DNA of 64,000 nucleotides from Nitrosopumilus sp. (GTDB lineage Archaea; Thermoproteota; Nitrososphaeria; Nitrososphaerales; Nitrosopumilaceae): NCBI GenBank assembly GCA_965219345.1, contig OZ244732.1, positions 544,001 to 608,000 of the forward strand, read 5' to 3'. Shown piece by piece: positions 50,069 to 60,220 of this stretch (position 1 is its first letter; each line of letters starts with the position of its first letter). The notes under the pieces were generated by a model. It saw only the letters and a program-made list of their open reading frames with translations, ran no database searches and was not told where the DNA came from. The position numbers and the translations under genes were made by a program.

Positions 50069-51201
50069 TGGCAACAGTCGCTGAAAAAGTAGGAGACATG
50101 GGTGTAAACTGTTTCTTGTGTGGAAGTGCAGTTACTGAAACTGCAATGGGACGAACAGGGTTAAGTCTAGAGGAATTAGAAATCCTAAATCATCGAATCA
50201 AGGATGGAAGTATTGGTCACATGCTCTATCTAATTGATGGAATCATGAAAAAGGCTGATTCAGGAGAATTGGACCAAGAAATTGAATTCAAAAATCAACT
50301 AGACAAAATCCAAGATGGTCAATCTCAAACTGATGAACAAGTATCAGACATTGGTAAAACAATTCTTGGAGAATTTGAAAAAAGTCAAACCAATTTTCGT
50401 GAAGAGATAGATATCCATCATAAAGAGATGTATGAAAAAAATGAGGAAAAACACAAAGTAATTCATGCAATACTTGAGGACATCTACAAAAAACTTGGAG
50501 GTCCAAAAGAAATTGGTAATACTGGAGAAACCATCACTGCAAAAGAACTAAAGTCAATGTGTACAATGGATGACTTTTCAGAAGATAAAGCATCAAAGGG
50601 TGGCACTGACTTGGTAGCAACAGTAAATCAAGATGGAAAGTCTTGTGGGATAATTGCTGTTAGTGTAAAATATCAAGAAAAATGGGAACAAGGTTTTTTG
50701 ACACAAATACGAAAAAACTTGAATCAGGAGGACACAAACTTTGGACTACTAGTCACCAAAGTCTTTCCAAATGATGCACTTAATGACAAAGCTTATGACA
50801 AAAGTAGCAAACATGGAGAAGTTCTCTGGTTGGTTAAACCAGAATATGCCGCACTTGCGTATTTCTGTCTTCATCATGTAGTAGTTGCGTACCAAAAAGC
50901 AGATGCTGTCATAAAAGAAGAAGAGGAAAAGATACGAGCGCAAGAACAAATTGCCAAAACAGTGAGAGAATGGATTACTGGAAAAGGTTTCAAAAATGCT
51001 ACCCACAAAATTGACGACGCTATACAACGAAGCACAGAAACTAGTGAAGCACTTGAAAAACTCAAATCTTATGTGGGCAGAAACGTTGACACCCTAAAGA
51101 AAAAACAGGAAGAACTTCGTGAAAACCTTGGAGTTGCAGAAGAAGCATTAGATGATCTAAGAAGTCATCTTGAAGGAGAAGATATTGAAGATGATGAATA
51201 A
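50068..51201 (+). CDS. DUF2130-like coiled-coil protein with PD-(D/E)XK-like central domain
   Basis: G..GE...GGTDLV......CGIIAVSVKYQEKWEQGFLTQIRKN...GLLVTKVFP flanked by coiled coils. Confidence 0.65.
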   Translation: MATVAEKVGDMGVNCFLCGSAVTETAMGRTGLSLEELEILNHRIKDGSIGHMLYLIDGIMKKADSGELDQEIEFKNQLDKIQDGQSQTDEQVSDIGKTILGEFEKSQTNFREEIDIHHKEMYEKNEEKHKVIHAILEDIYKKLGGPKEIGNTGETITAKELKSMCTMDDFSEDKASKGGTDLVATVNQDGKSCGIIAVSVKYQEKWEQGFLTQIRKNLNQEDTNFGLLVTKVFPNDALNDKAYDKSSKHGEVLWLVKPEYAALAYFCLHHVVVAYQKADAVIKEEEEKIRAQEQIAKTVREWITGKGFKNATHKIDDAIQRSTETSEALEKLKSYVGRNVDTLKKKQEELRENLGVAEEALDDLRSHLEGEDIEDDE

Positions 51202-51282
51202 TCTTCATCTTTCTTTTAATTTGAGCCCAAATAGACTCAAGTTAATTAGCATCAATTACACTAATGGAGATTATGGACTATC

Positions 51283-52627
51283 ATGAGTTTTGTTGAGCAT
51301 AAAGTAGGAAATACATTATGGCACGAGATCGCCCACAAGATGTATCCTGACAAAAAATCTAGTTTCAGGGAGGCTATATCAAATTCACTTGATGAAGGTT
51401 CTGAAAAAATAATTCTGGAAATAAAACCCGATAGAATCACAATTGAAGATTTTGGTGAAGGTATTGACGATATGGACAAATTCATCCTAGTAGGACATGA
51501 TGGAAAACTCCAGAGAGAAAATAAACATTCTACTATTGGTCAAAAAGGTATGGGAAAACTTTCATTATTGATACTAGGTGATGAAATAATATTTCTCTCA
51601 AATAATGGGAAGGTGGGTTACAAATTTAGAATGGTAGAAGGTGGTCAATACAGAGAAACTCCAAGCAGTGTGGATAATTATTTATCACATAAAGGGACTT
51701 TCATTGAGATTTCTCAACCAAAAAAGATGTGGAATGTGGAAAAAGTTAGAGTATTTCTAAAAAAAGCATTTTCATTACAAGTTGCAACGGGAAAAGAAAT
51801 TATCATTAATGGAGAACCTCTGAAAGCTCCAAAGTCAATTTCATCTGAAGAGAAATTCATCTTGGCACTTAAAAAGGGGGTAAAAAAATTACTGGAAATT
51901 TGCAGTTAGCAGAAAAAAATTAGGGTTTAGTTAACATCCATGTTCAACATGTCTTTATTACTAATATGATGATTGATCCTGAACGTAAATTTAGTGGATG
52001 GGTCAATTGCGATAGTTTAGAACCAACTGCATCACGTTCTGATATTTATGAAGATGATGATGATGGCATAAAAGAAGAATTCATCAAAAAAATGTTAAAA
52101 CATGTTCAGAGATTTCCAAAAGCAAATGAGCAGAACCAATCATCCCATATCTTTACTGAACAAGAAAATATCATGGATAAGGTTCTCAAGGAACTCAAAC
52201 TAGAATTTAGAGGTGAAGTTTTAGCTGCAATTGGCAATGCAAAAAAATGGATGCACAATCAATCAACGTTGTAAAAGGAGAAGGAGATCAGCAAATACAA
52301 CAACAAAAAAATCCTCAAAATAACACAAACAAACCAATACAAAGAGAGAAGAAAACAAGTTCTGGAGTTATTTGGTGAAATGTTCAACTAGGAAACGAGA
52401 AACCTCCTTACTTGTTTAGCTGGCCCAATATCATTATCCGTAATACAACCAATGACGTTTATAGTTATTCCACCAAAACTAACAGCTCTTTAGGCCCTGC
52501 AAGGGTTAGATACTTGCAGTTTTATGCCAGAATTATTGCTAGCATGCATCCAGATAAAAAATACTGGAGCACAGCAGAATTCTTAGACAAAGCAGATGAA
52601 TATTACAGGGTGTGTCTTAAGCAGTAG
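51283..52627 (+). pseudogene. Frameshifted GHKL (HATPase_c_3 / MORC-like) ATPase
   Basis: REAISNSLD, EDFGEGI, IGQKGMGKLS, GTFIEI in the first fragment; co-oriented fragments 51966-52274 and 52412-52627 separated at homopolymer runs. Confidence 0.75.
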
Positions 52628-52655
52628 GTTACTTAGATAATTAGAGGGAAATGTC

Positions 52656-53057
52656 ATGATGGAAGTACCAAAGCAGATATGTTATGTTTGTGATCAAGAA
52701 AGTCAAGAAGAACTCATTACAGAATCTGATGGTAGGGTACACGTATTTTTTGTCCACAAAAGAAAGGGGAGTGCAGGAAGACCAAGAAAATGTGATGGAG
52801 GTTACAATGAAACAGAATCAGAATTTATGAATGCCTTAGAAGGGGATGAGGCAATTAATACAACAGAAAATGCACCTAAAATTAAAAAAAACATTCTCAA
52901 ATTGTACCCGAGGCTACCACTGAAGTTTTTGTCAAGATGTTTCTGCACACTTGCCAGAAATGCAGTCATGTTTGGGTTACCAAAAAACAATTTACTTTGG
53001 TATGCAGTAAATGTACTTTGCGTACGTAGAATATGGCAAAATAATTTATTTCAATAG
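52656..53057 (+). CDS. Hypothetical protein (CxxC; possibly frameshifted)
   Basis: ORF; C-terminal part looks off-frame. Confidence 0.45.
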   Translation: MMEVPKQICYVCDQESQEELITESDGRVHVFFVHKRKGSAGRPRKCDGGYNETESEFMNALEGDEAINTTENAPKIKKNILKLYPRLPLKFLSRCFCTLARNAVMFGLPKNNLLWYAVNVLCVRRIWQNNLFQ

Positions 53058-53143
53058 TTCTTGAAGAGAAGGAATTTGAATAAATTCTAGAGTCTTGAAC
53101 CAAAATCAATAGTCCATTTAACGGACTAAATCATTCACTAAAC

Positions 53144-53616
53144 TTGTTCAAATCTTATAGGAACCACTCTACCACTATTGATTTTACTCGGTTTGTAAAA
53201 GGATATTTGTTGAAATGGGAACCAGCATTTAGAGAAATTACGATTAGAGGATTCAATCCTGGGACTTCAAATAAAAAAAAATTGAACGTAAAGAACTTCT
53301 TAAACAAAAAATTGAATCTAAGATAGGTAAACATCTAAAAAAGTTCAGAGTCGTTGCAAAAAGAGACCATTACTCATAGATGTACGATTCTATCTATATT
53401 ATTCAGATGAGCAAGGAAGAACAAAAAAAGATCTTGATAACTTGTTGAAAATTCTTCTTGATGTGTTATCTATTAATATGATAAATGGTCAAAATCCAAG
53501 AGAAGGTCTTGGTATAGTGCTGGATGATTCATATTCGTAAAATAATATGCGAAAAACAAATTGTAAATTCTACTGAAAAAGAAGGCATTGATTTCCAAAT
53601 TTCTATAGGACATTAA
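53144..53616 (+). pseudogene. RusA-family Holliday junction resolvase remnant
   Basis: Hand translation ~53427-53530: KDLDNLLKILLDVLS...GIVLDDS (RusA DxDN..K...D / DD motif); interrupted by frameshifts. Confidence 0.7.
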
Positions 53617-53673
53617 TCGTGCCTATTTGGTACCAAAATTATCACCAAAAACGTTCAAATCCTGCCGATCCCA

Positions 53674-54435
53674 TTATAATTTTAGAATCTTTAATAGTTT
53701 TTCAAAATATTCTTGTGTTTTTTCTTGTTTGTATTCTTTCAAAGCTTTAATGATTTTTCCTTTAGACGGATTTTTGTAAATTTTTTGAGTTTTTTTTGCA
53801 ATCCCTGAACCAATAAAAATTGCTTGAGTTACTGATGTAACATTTGATGGTCTTCTCTTAGTGCTAGAACTTTCAAAATCGATTAAGGTAGATTTTGTTT
53901 TCCCTACAATGACATGTTTTGAAATATTACTTAGTTCACCATGATCAAGACCTATCTGGTCTAATCTATAACAATCTTCTAAAATTTTTCTGATGGTAGA
54001 TTTTAATTTCTTTGCACTACCTTTTCCTTTTATTGAATTTACCCATTCACTAATCTTAATTCCTTCAAGATATTCCATAACTAAGAAATTTCTACTAGCA
54101 ACAAACATTTTTGGCCCAATATTTACTGAATTTGCTAATTTTAGTAGGATAGCCTCATTTTTCATTTCATTTCTTTGTGAATCTGTTCTTCTAATTTTTA
54201 GTGCAACCTGTTTGCTACCTTTTTTTGCTAGAACTACAACCCCAACATATCCTTTCCCTAAAATTGCTAAATTTCCAAGTGTAGTAGGACCTATTAATGA
54301 AATTGATTTTATTTTTAATTTCTCTAATTCATTAATTCTTGATCTTATCTGACGACTAGTAGCTTTTGGGTATCCAAGGATTTTTGAGTATGGTTCATCA
54401 GCAAATTTCTTAATTGAAATGAATGAGTGCGCCAT
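53674..54435 (-). CDS. RIO/Bud32-like Ser/Thr protein kinase
   Basis: LGKGYVGVV, VALKIRR, LVMEYLEG, DHGELS, IDFES. Confidence 0.85.
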   Translation of the reverse strand: MAHSFISIKKFADEPYSKILGYPKATSRQIRSRINELEKLKIKSISLIGPTTLGNLAILGKGYVGVVVLAKKGSKQVALKIRRTDSQRNEMKNEAILLKLANSVNIGPKMFVASRNFLVMEYLEGIKISEWVNSIKGKGSAKKLKSTIRKILEDCYRLDQIGLDHGELSNISKHVIVGKTKSTLIDFESSSTKRRPSNVTSVTQAIFIGSGIAKKTQKIYKNPSKGKIIKALKEYKQEKTQEYFEKLLKILKL

Positions 54436-55741
54436 CTGTCGAAATCAACTCACTTGCAGCCTCTTTAATTGATTTGCTTAAACTTTTGTTTCCTACTGAA
54501 ACCTTGAAACCACGCTTGAAATCACTCTGTAGACCTTTTGGTATGTCTGTTCTAAGATTCTTTTTCAAAAACTCTGTCATAAATTTGACTGCATCAGTAT
54601 GTTTTCTTTTTTCTAATGAAATTATTTTTCTATTTTTTCCAATCCACATTAATTCTGTACTTGCAAGATTCTTAGAAATGAAACTCTTGGAATTATTCTC
54701 TCTGAAAAACTCTGGTCCATTTTTTGTATATATTTCTGGAATCTTTGTAGATTCTAACAAGAAAAAGAGATAAACCTCTTTTTGTTGATCGGTGTAAGGT
54801 TTACTTCTTAACACATTGAATCCCCCTAATTCTAATTGAGTAGACAATGATGAAGTGGCTCTTTTAATCTGTCCCCATATAATGTCTGGACTTCTAATTT
54901 TAAAATTAAATTTTATCACTAACAAATTTTCCCAATGTTTCTTTGAAACTGTTGATTTTTTGTTCTTAAAGAATTTTAATGCAGGTTTTTCTTTAAAAGC
55001 TCTAGAAACAAGAACAAATTTTCCAATATTTTCATCAGAAATTGCTGCAGCTAAGTTTCTATCATCATCAATCGGGTCTATAATCACTATTGATGTGTTG
55101 AATTTCTTTGTAGTCTTCCCAATAATTTGATTTTCTTTAATTTCTGACATTGATTTAATTACATTTTCAAAACTTCCAAAATGTTTGATTAAAACTTCTG
55201 AAACGTAACCACTGAATCCCTGCTTTGCAATTTCTGCTCCGTAAATTCCATTTGATTTTAGAAATGTTTTTAGAATTCTAACCTCGTTTCTCATTTTGGA
55301 TGTTAATGATTTACCCATGAATTTTGTATGAAATGGAGATCTATCTGCAGCACTTTTCCATTCTCCATTTTTTACATCATAAAATGGCACAACATTGATC
55401 TTGGTATTCTTAATTTTAGCCTCAACATACGGATGCTCAGAATACCTAACATAAGGAGAATGTTTTTTCAATGCTTCAAAACCAATTTTTTTTGAGATTT
55501 TTTCAAATTTTTCTTCTGATGTAGATTTCTTGAATCTGATAAAAATATCCACATCTGCATCATCTGACAACCAAGTACCTTTTGCAAATGAACCCCCAAA
55601 TTCTAATCCTATTACTTCTGGAAATTTTTTAATTTCTTTTTTAACTAATTTAGACGCTAATTCAGCAATATTATTTTTTGATTTTTCCATCGTTTTTGAT
55701 GGAATGACAGCCTTAGAAATTTTGGAAATAATTTGTTTCAT
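54410..55741 (-). CDS. cca: CCA-adding enzyme (class I)
   Basis: GSFAKGTWL...DVDIF, EHPYV, ADRSPFHT, YGAE...GFSGY, DPID..RNLAAA. Confidence 0.95.
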   Translation of the reverse strand: MKQIISKISKAVIPSKTMEKSKNNIAELASKLVKKEIKKFPEVIGLEFGGSFAKGTWLSDDADVDIFIRFKKSTSEEKFEKISKKIGFEALKKHSPYVRYSEHPYVEAKIKNTKINVVPFYDVKNGEWKSAADRSPFHTKFMGKSLTSKMRNEVRILKTFLKSNGIYGAEIAKQGFSGYVSEVLIKHFGSFENVIKSMSEIKENQIIGKTTKKFNTSIVIIDPIDDDRNLAAAISDENIGKFVLVSRAFKEKPALKFFKNKKSTVSKKHWENLLVIKFNFKIRSPDIIWGQIKRATSSLSTQLELGGFNVLRSKPYTDQQKEVYLFFLLESTKIPEIYTKNGPEFFRENNSKSFISKNLASTELMWIGKNRKIISLEKRKHTDAVKFMTEFLKKNLRTDIPKGLQSDFKRGFKVSVGNKSLSKSIKEAASELISTDGALIHFN

Positions 55742-56283
55742 TGTACTGCCTTAATCTCCTCTAAATCAGAATAGATTGGTCCATCTGGTGTAAGTTCACT
55801 TTTTTTCAATTTAATACTGGTTACTTCTTGTATTCCAAAATCTATAGTTTTGTGATTATCCAATTCTTTTGTTATATCTCCTATCTTCTTTTTAATTCTA
55901 AATACTGTGATATGAGGTTTGAATGGCTTTTCTGAAAAAAATCCCAAAGGCTCTAACATTTTTTCAACTTTTTTTGATAACTGAATTAGCATATTTCTTC
56001 CATTATCATCCGTTCCAATCCAAACCACTCTTGGAAATTTAGGTTTGGGAAATGCACCTGTTCCTTTCAAGTTTACATTAAAACTTGAAAATTCAATCTT
56101 ACGAAGGGCTTGAATAATTTTTTCTAAGATCTCCTCTGAAACTTCACCTAAAAATTGTAATGTAAAATGGAAATTTCTTGATTCTACAGGTTTAGCTTTA
56201 ATATCAATTTTGGTTTGAAATTTTTTTATGGAATTGATAATATTATCATTTGAGATTTCAATTGCTACAAAAGTTCGCATCAT
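55738..56283 (-). CDS. thpR: RNA 2',3'-cyclic phosphodiesterase (2H family)
   Basis: RTFVAI, HFTL and HITV 2H motifs, S.LTPDGPIY. Confidence 0.92.
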   Translation of the reverse strand: MMRTFVAIEISNDNIINSIKKFQTKIDIKAKPVESRNFHFTLQFLGEVSEEILEKIIQALRKIEFSSFNVNLKGTGAFPKPKFPRVVWIGTDDNGRNMLIQLSKKVEKMLEPLGFFSEKPFKPHITVFRIKKKIGDITKELDNHKTIDFGIQEVTSIKLKKSELTPDGPIYSDLEEIKAVQ

Positions 56284-56352
56284 AACATTTTTCCAAGTAT
56301 CTTTATAATTATTTCCGGTAGCTTCATAGACGAGCCCCTTCTTTGATATGTA

Positions 56353-56901
56353 TTGACAAAACTAATTGTGTGCCTAACAGGCATGCCTGGTGCTGGTAAA
56401 TCTACTATTGCTGAAGGATTGGAATCTAAAGGATATGACACAATCAATATGGGAAATGCAGTTAGAGTAGAAGCAACTAAAAAAAACTTAGAACCAACTA
56501 GAGCTAACCTTGGAAAACTAATGCTTGAGCTTAGGGAAAAAAATGGCCCTGGTGCAATAGCAGAATTAATCAAACCACAAATAGAATCTTCTACGGCAGG
56601 TGTTATACTAATTGATGGAGTTAGATCAAATGATGAGATACAAGTTCTTAGAAAACTTGGTAATGTAAAACTACTCGCAATTCATGCATCAGCTGATGCT
56701 AGATTCAATTTTTTACAAAAAAGAGGAAGATCAGATGATCCTCAAACAAAAGATCACTTTCAGGAAAGAGATAATCGTGAATTAGGTATTGGAATCAGTA
56801 ATTCAATTGCATTATCTGATGACACAATATCAAATACTGGTTTAACAAAAGACGAGTTAACAGAAGCTGCCTTTAAGATCATTCAAAGTTGGATAGAATG
56901 A
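56353..56901 (+). CDS. UPF0200 / dephospho-CoA-kinase-like P-loop kinase
   Basis: GMPGAGKST, IDGVRS, RGRSDD, RDNREL. Confidence 0.85.
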   Translation: MTKLIVCLTGMPGAGKSTIAEGLESKGYDTINMGNAVRVEATKKNLEPTRANLGKLMLELREKNGPGAIAELIKPQIESSTAGVILIDGVRSNDEIQVLRKLGNVKLLAIHASADARFNFLQKRGRSDDPQTKDHFQERDNRELGIGISNSIALSDDTISNTGLTKDELTEAAFKIIQSWIE

Positions 56902-57305
56902 AAATTCCAACTGTTAGTTGCAAAATAGATATGTTTTGTTTAGTAAATCCTTCTGAGGATCCAAAAAAAATCCAAAAAGCAATTTCTAATGTTTTTCCAT
57001 ATTCAACTATAAAAACTGAAAATTCTTCAATTAGTTTCCAATCTAATGATCTAAAGTCTTTGGAAAAGATTTACGAAACGATTCACAAAAAACAATCTCA
57101 AAAAATCTATAGACGTAATCTTGAAAAAAATTTAGAAAATAACACTACTTGGTTTTATCTAAATAAACAAGCAGCATTTGTTGAAAAAATAGCAATTTGT
57201 GAAAAAGCAGACGAATCCCCTCTAGGACCAATTAAAGTAGTTCTCACTTCAGCAAATATTGATAGAATAATTGACTGGTTTATTTCTAGATATGATGAAA
57301 CTTAG
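56898..57305 (+). CDS. UPF0201 putative RNA-binding protein
   Basis: PSEDPKKI..A..NVFP, LNKQAA, SPLGPI. Confidence 0.85.
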   Translation: MKIPTVSCKIDMFCLVNPSEDPKKIQKAISNVFPYSTIKTENSSISFQSNDLKSLEKIYETIHKKQSQKIYRRNLEKNLENNTTWFYLNKQAAFVEKIAICEKADESPLGPIKVVLTSANIDRIIDWFISRYDET

Positions 57306-57378
57306 CTAAGAAAATTCAATCATTTTTGAATATTTTTTTTAGTTTGAATCTAAAATCCTTTTTTTAGAATTATGCTAT

Positions 57379-58172
57379 ATGTTCATAAAATTAGCCATAA
57401 TTGGTTCAATTTTGTTAGTAGCTGTAATAGTATTTCCAAATGAAATTTATCAATTATTCCCTGAAACTTCCTCAAATGTAAAAAACGATCTTGATAAAAT
57501 AAAAGATAATGCCATTGAAAAAATAGAAACAATCATTGAGGAAGGTGGTAAACTTGTTAATAGTCAAGTGAAAGATATCACAAAAAGCTCAACTGAAAGT
57601 ATATTCGATGGTATATCTGAGAGTATCGACAATTTTAGCGAATCCGCACTACAAACTATAGGCTTTGCTGGTATCTTAGGAGACGATCAAACCACAAATA
57701 ATGAATCTATGGGTCAGAAGAGCTCATCATCACCTGGAGCAGATTCAGTAACAGGGAAAAGATCCTAAATGCAGGTTCATACCTTTGGACGAACTCATCA
57801 CCACCTGGAGCAGATTCAGTAACAGAGTCGCCTTTTAGTACTAAGGCATCAGGAGAAAAAACAATACAAACATTTGAAACTCTATCACTTGAATCGACCC
57901 AACAATCAAATGATAATATTATGCTTTACTATGAAGATACTTCAGGAAAAGCAACTAGTGTCACTGTGACTTTACGAACAACTGAAAAAGAACTCTTTAC
58001 AGGAATTTTTTATTCCTCAATGTTTAAAACATTTGTACAAGATGTAACACAAACATTTTACTTTATTGACATGACAATCGAACATGAAGAATACGGAACA
58101 ATTTCTTCATCTGTATTTAATCCAGTAGATAGCCCTGGTACTATAATTAACGGGGTATTCTCTAAATCTTAA
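57379..58172 (+). pseudogene. Membrane-anchored hypothetical protein split by a frameshift near 57755
   Basis: ORFs 57379-57768 and 57921-58172 join through a -1 shift between two 32-bp repeats (57723-57754, 57794-57825). Confidence 0.6.
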
Positions 58173-58387
58173 TTATTTACTTTACTAAAAACTGAAACCA
58201 GATCAGGTAATGTAATTGCACTTGTATTTCTTATTACTAAATCCATCTCTGATGACATTTCAGTATCTTCTGGATTGATTTCTATCAATATTGCATTGTT
58301 TTGTTTTGCATAGATTGGTAGTGTATTTGCTGGTGATACAACAAGAGATGTGCCAGCAATTATCATTAAATCACATTGATTTGCAAA
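58169..58387 (-). pseudogene. cobB: Sir2/CobB deacylase, C-terminal fragment
   Basis: FANQCDLMIIAGTSLVVSPANTLP..AK...IEINPEDT. Confidence 0.92.
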
Positions 58388-59003
58388 CTTGAAATATTTT
58401 CTTGGCTTCAATAGTACATATCTTCTTTACAATGATTCCATGCTCTTCATAGACCTTCTTGACTTCATCACCGTCAATCCAGCCAAAGGCGATTAGGTGC
58501 AGGTGTGGATCCACTCTTGGAGTTAGCTTACCATCTTTCTGGAATCGGAACGGGTGTAGTACATCAGCAGACCCAGTGATACCGACTTGAGACTTTATTT
58601 TTTTTACCAACTTTTTCAATTTTGGCACATCATCAAACACCACTCCAGGAATTGAGATCACAACGTGGGAGGCTCTTCTATTAGTAATCTTGCACCAGGC
58701 TTCAATTCTTCTTGTCAATCTGTTTGCAATTCTGTTAGTCCATGATTCCACACAAAGAGGGCATGATGACCTAGCACACTCCTTCAGGTATGACTGTACG
58801 TAGACCCTGTTGTTTGGGTGTTCGTGATGATTGAGACAGCCTTTCATTCCCCACTTGTGACAACTCTTTAACTCTTGACCCTGTGCAGGAAGCTGATAGC
58901 CCTTCCATCTTGCCTGTTTCCAAGAGGTTGAAAATCTGGCATAGTCCAGGATATGCCTAGTGGCTGATTTTGATTCTATTTTGCAAGTCTGCAAATACCT
59001 CAA
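58379..59003 (-). pseudogene. HUH rolling-circle Rep / IS91-like endonuclease, N-terminal part
   Basis: Cys-rich ECARSSCPLC..W, motif 1 HVVISIP, VLHPFR, motif 2 PHLHLIAFG; cut at ...FQVCK. Confidence 0.82.
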
Positions 59004-59069
59004 GTGGCTGTAGTGATAGGCTTGAATCAGTGACTATTCCAAGCCTGGTCCAGAATGGCTGTAATGTAA

Positions 59070-59189
59070 ATGCACTTTGAAAATGCTGAAAAATGTCCAA
59101 GATGTGGACTGATCCTGTACTCTGAATATGCAATGAAAAACCACAAGTGTATCAACCACATTGATGATGATTACCTGATTGACCAGTAG
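59070..59189 (+). CDS. 39-aa zinc-finger microprotein
   Basis: Hand translation MHFENAEKCPRCGLILYSEYAMKNHKCINHIDDDYLIDQ (CxxC-x12-H..C/H). Confidence 0.55.
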   Translation: MHFENAEKCPRCGLILYSEYAMKNHKCINHIDDDYLIDQ

Positions 59190-59270
59190 AATCTAATCAA
59201 ATAGAATTTACCAAACAAAACACTACAACACCGCTAGATAGATATAATCAATATTTGATAAAAACTTAGT

Positions 59271-59906
59271 ATGAACACACTACTTTATGCAGTACTACTA
59301 ACAATTGTAGTTGTTACATCAGGTGTATCAGGAGTATTTGCAATGTCCGATGAGGACACAATAGCAAAAATTCAGAAAAGCATTGACAGGCTACTTGATA
59401 GAATTCAAGGACTGGAAGACAAAAACACCAAAGCCTACAAGTTCATAGATTACGTTCAGAATAATATAGACAAACGTGATCAAAAAATAGATAGACTGCA
59501 AGACAAGATAGCCAAGAAGCAGGCAAAGATTGACATGATCAATGGTGTAGAAATAATTGAACCGTTCATCACAACCGACAAACTGGAATATGAGATAGGT
59601 GAGACAATACACATTACAGGACTGGACAAGGATTATCCAGAACAAGTCAACTCAAACCCAATCAGATACCAGACATTTGACGTTATCTTAACTAGCAGTG
59701 GAACAGTATGGAGTTGTAGCTCAAGTGGCTATGATGAGAACATATGCGAAATATCCGATGATGGAACATACGCAATAGACATACCACTTACGGAAGTTGA
59801 TTACACGCCAGGAAGTCATTATATCCAACAGACCAGCTTTGTAAGCTATGGCGGAGGTAACAATGACAATTTCTTCATTGTGTCACAGTTATTCCTAGTG
59901 AACTAG
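59271..59906 (+). CDS. Secreted protein: signal peptide, coiled coil, Ig-like beta domain
   Basis: ..VFA cleavage site, heptads, ITTDKLEYEIGETIHITG...YTPGSHYI. Confidence 0.8.
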   Translation: MNTLLYAVLLTIVVVTSGVSGVFAMSDEDTIAKIQKSIDRLLDRIQGLEDKNTKAYKFIDYVQNNIDKRDQKIDRLQDKIAKKQAKIDMINGVEIIEPFITTDKLEYEIGETIHITGLDKDYPEQVNSNPIRYQTFDVILTSSGTVWSCSSSGYDENICEISDDGTYAIDIPLTEVDYTPGSHYIQQTSFVSYGGGNNDNFFIVSQLFLVN

Positions 59907-60017
59907 ACGACCCAACATATCTTTCTTATTTTTTTTATTTGCATACAGAGATTGCAACCTACATACAAGTTGAGATCTCAATATTGAACATAAATATAAC
60001 ATAACTATACCATAACT

Positions 60018-60173
60018 ATGATGAAAATCATTAACTGTGACTGTGGGCACCAATTCGCCACAAAGCAGAGAATCGCTCAATGTTCAAACTGTGGAACTCG
60101 CATATGCACCTGTGAGACTTGTACAAATCCTGTACCAATTCGCAGGAAAAAACTTACAGAAGTACTCAAATAA
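60018..60173 (+). CDS. 51-aa Cys-rich Zn-ribbon microprotein
   Basis: Hand translation MMKIINCDCGHQFATKQRIAQCSNCGTRICTCETCTNPVPIRRKKLTEVLK; TATA-like ATAAATATA upstream. Confidence 0.6.
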   Translation: MMKIINCDCGHQFATKQRIAQCSNCGTRICTCETCTNPVPIRRKKLTEVLK

Positions 60174-60220
60174 ATGGAAGTCTGTTTTTGACGAATTCTA
60201 GACCTGTTTTTAGACTTCCA

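Larger units (their letters stand above)
44774..53678. mobile_element. Decayed integrative element (~8.9 kb) inserted at tRNA-Pro 3' end
   Basis: 26-bp direct repeat GTTCAAATCCTGCCG(G/A)TCCCATTATA at 44774-44799 and 53653-53678; adjacent tyrosine integrase; non-core cargo. Confidence 0.92.

Noticed and set aside
57723-57825. 32-bp repeat with 39-bp spacer resembling a mini-CRISPR
   Set aside because: Only two copies, encodes a repeated peptide within a gene, and no cas genes or leader nearby.
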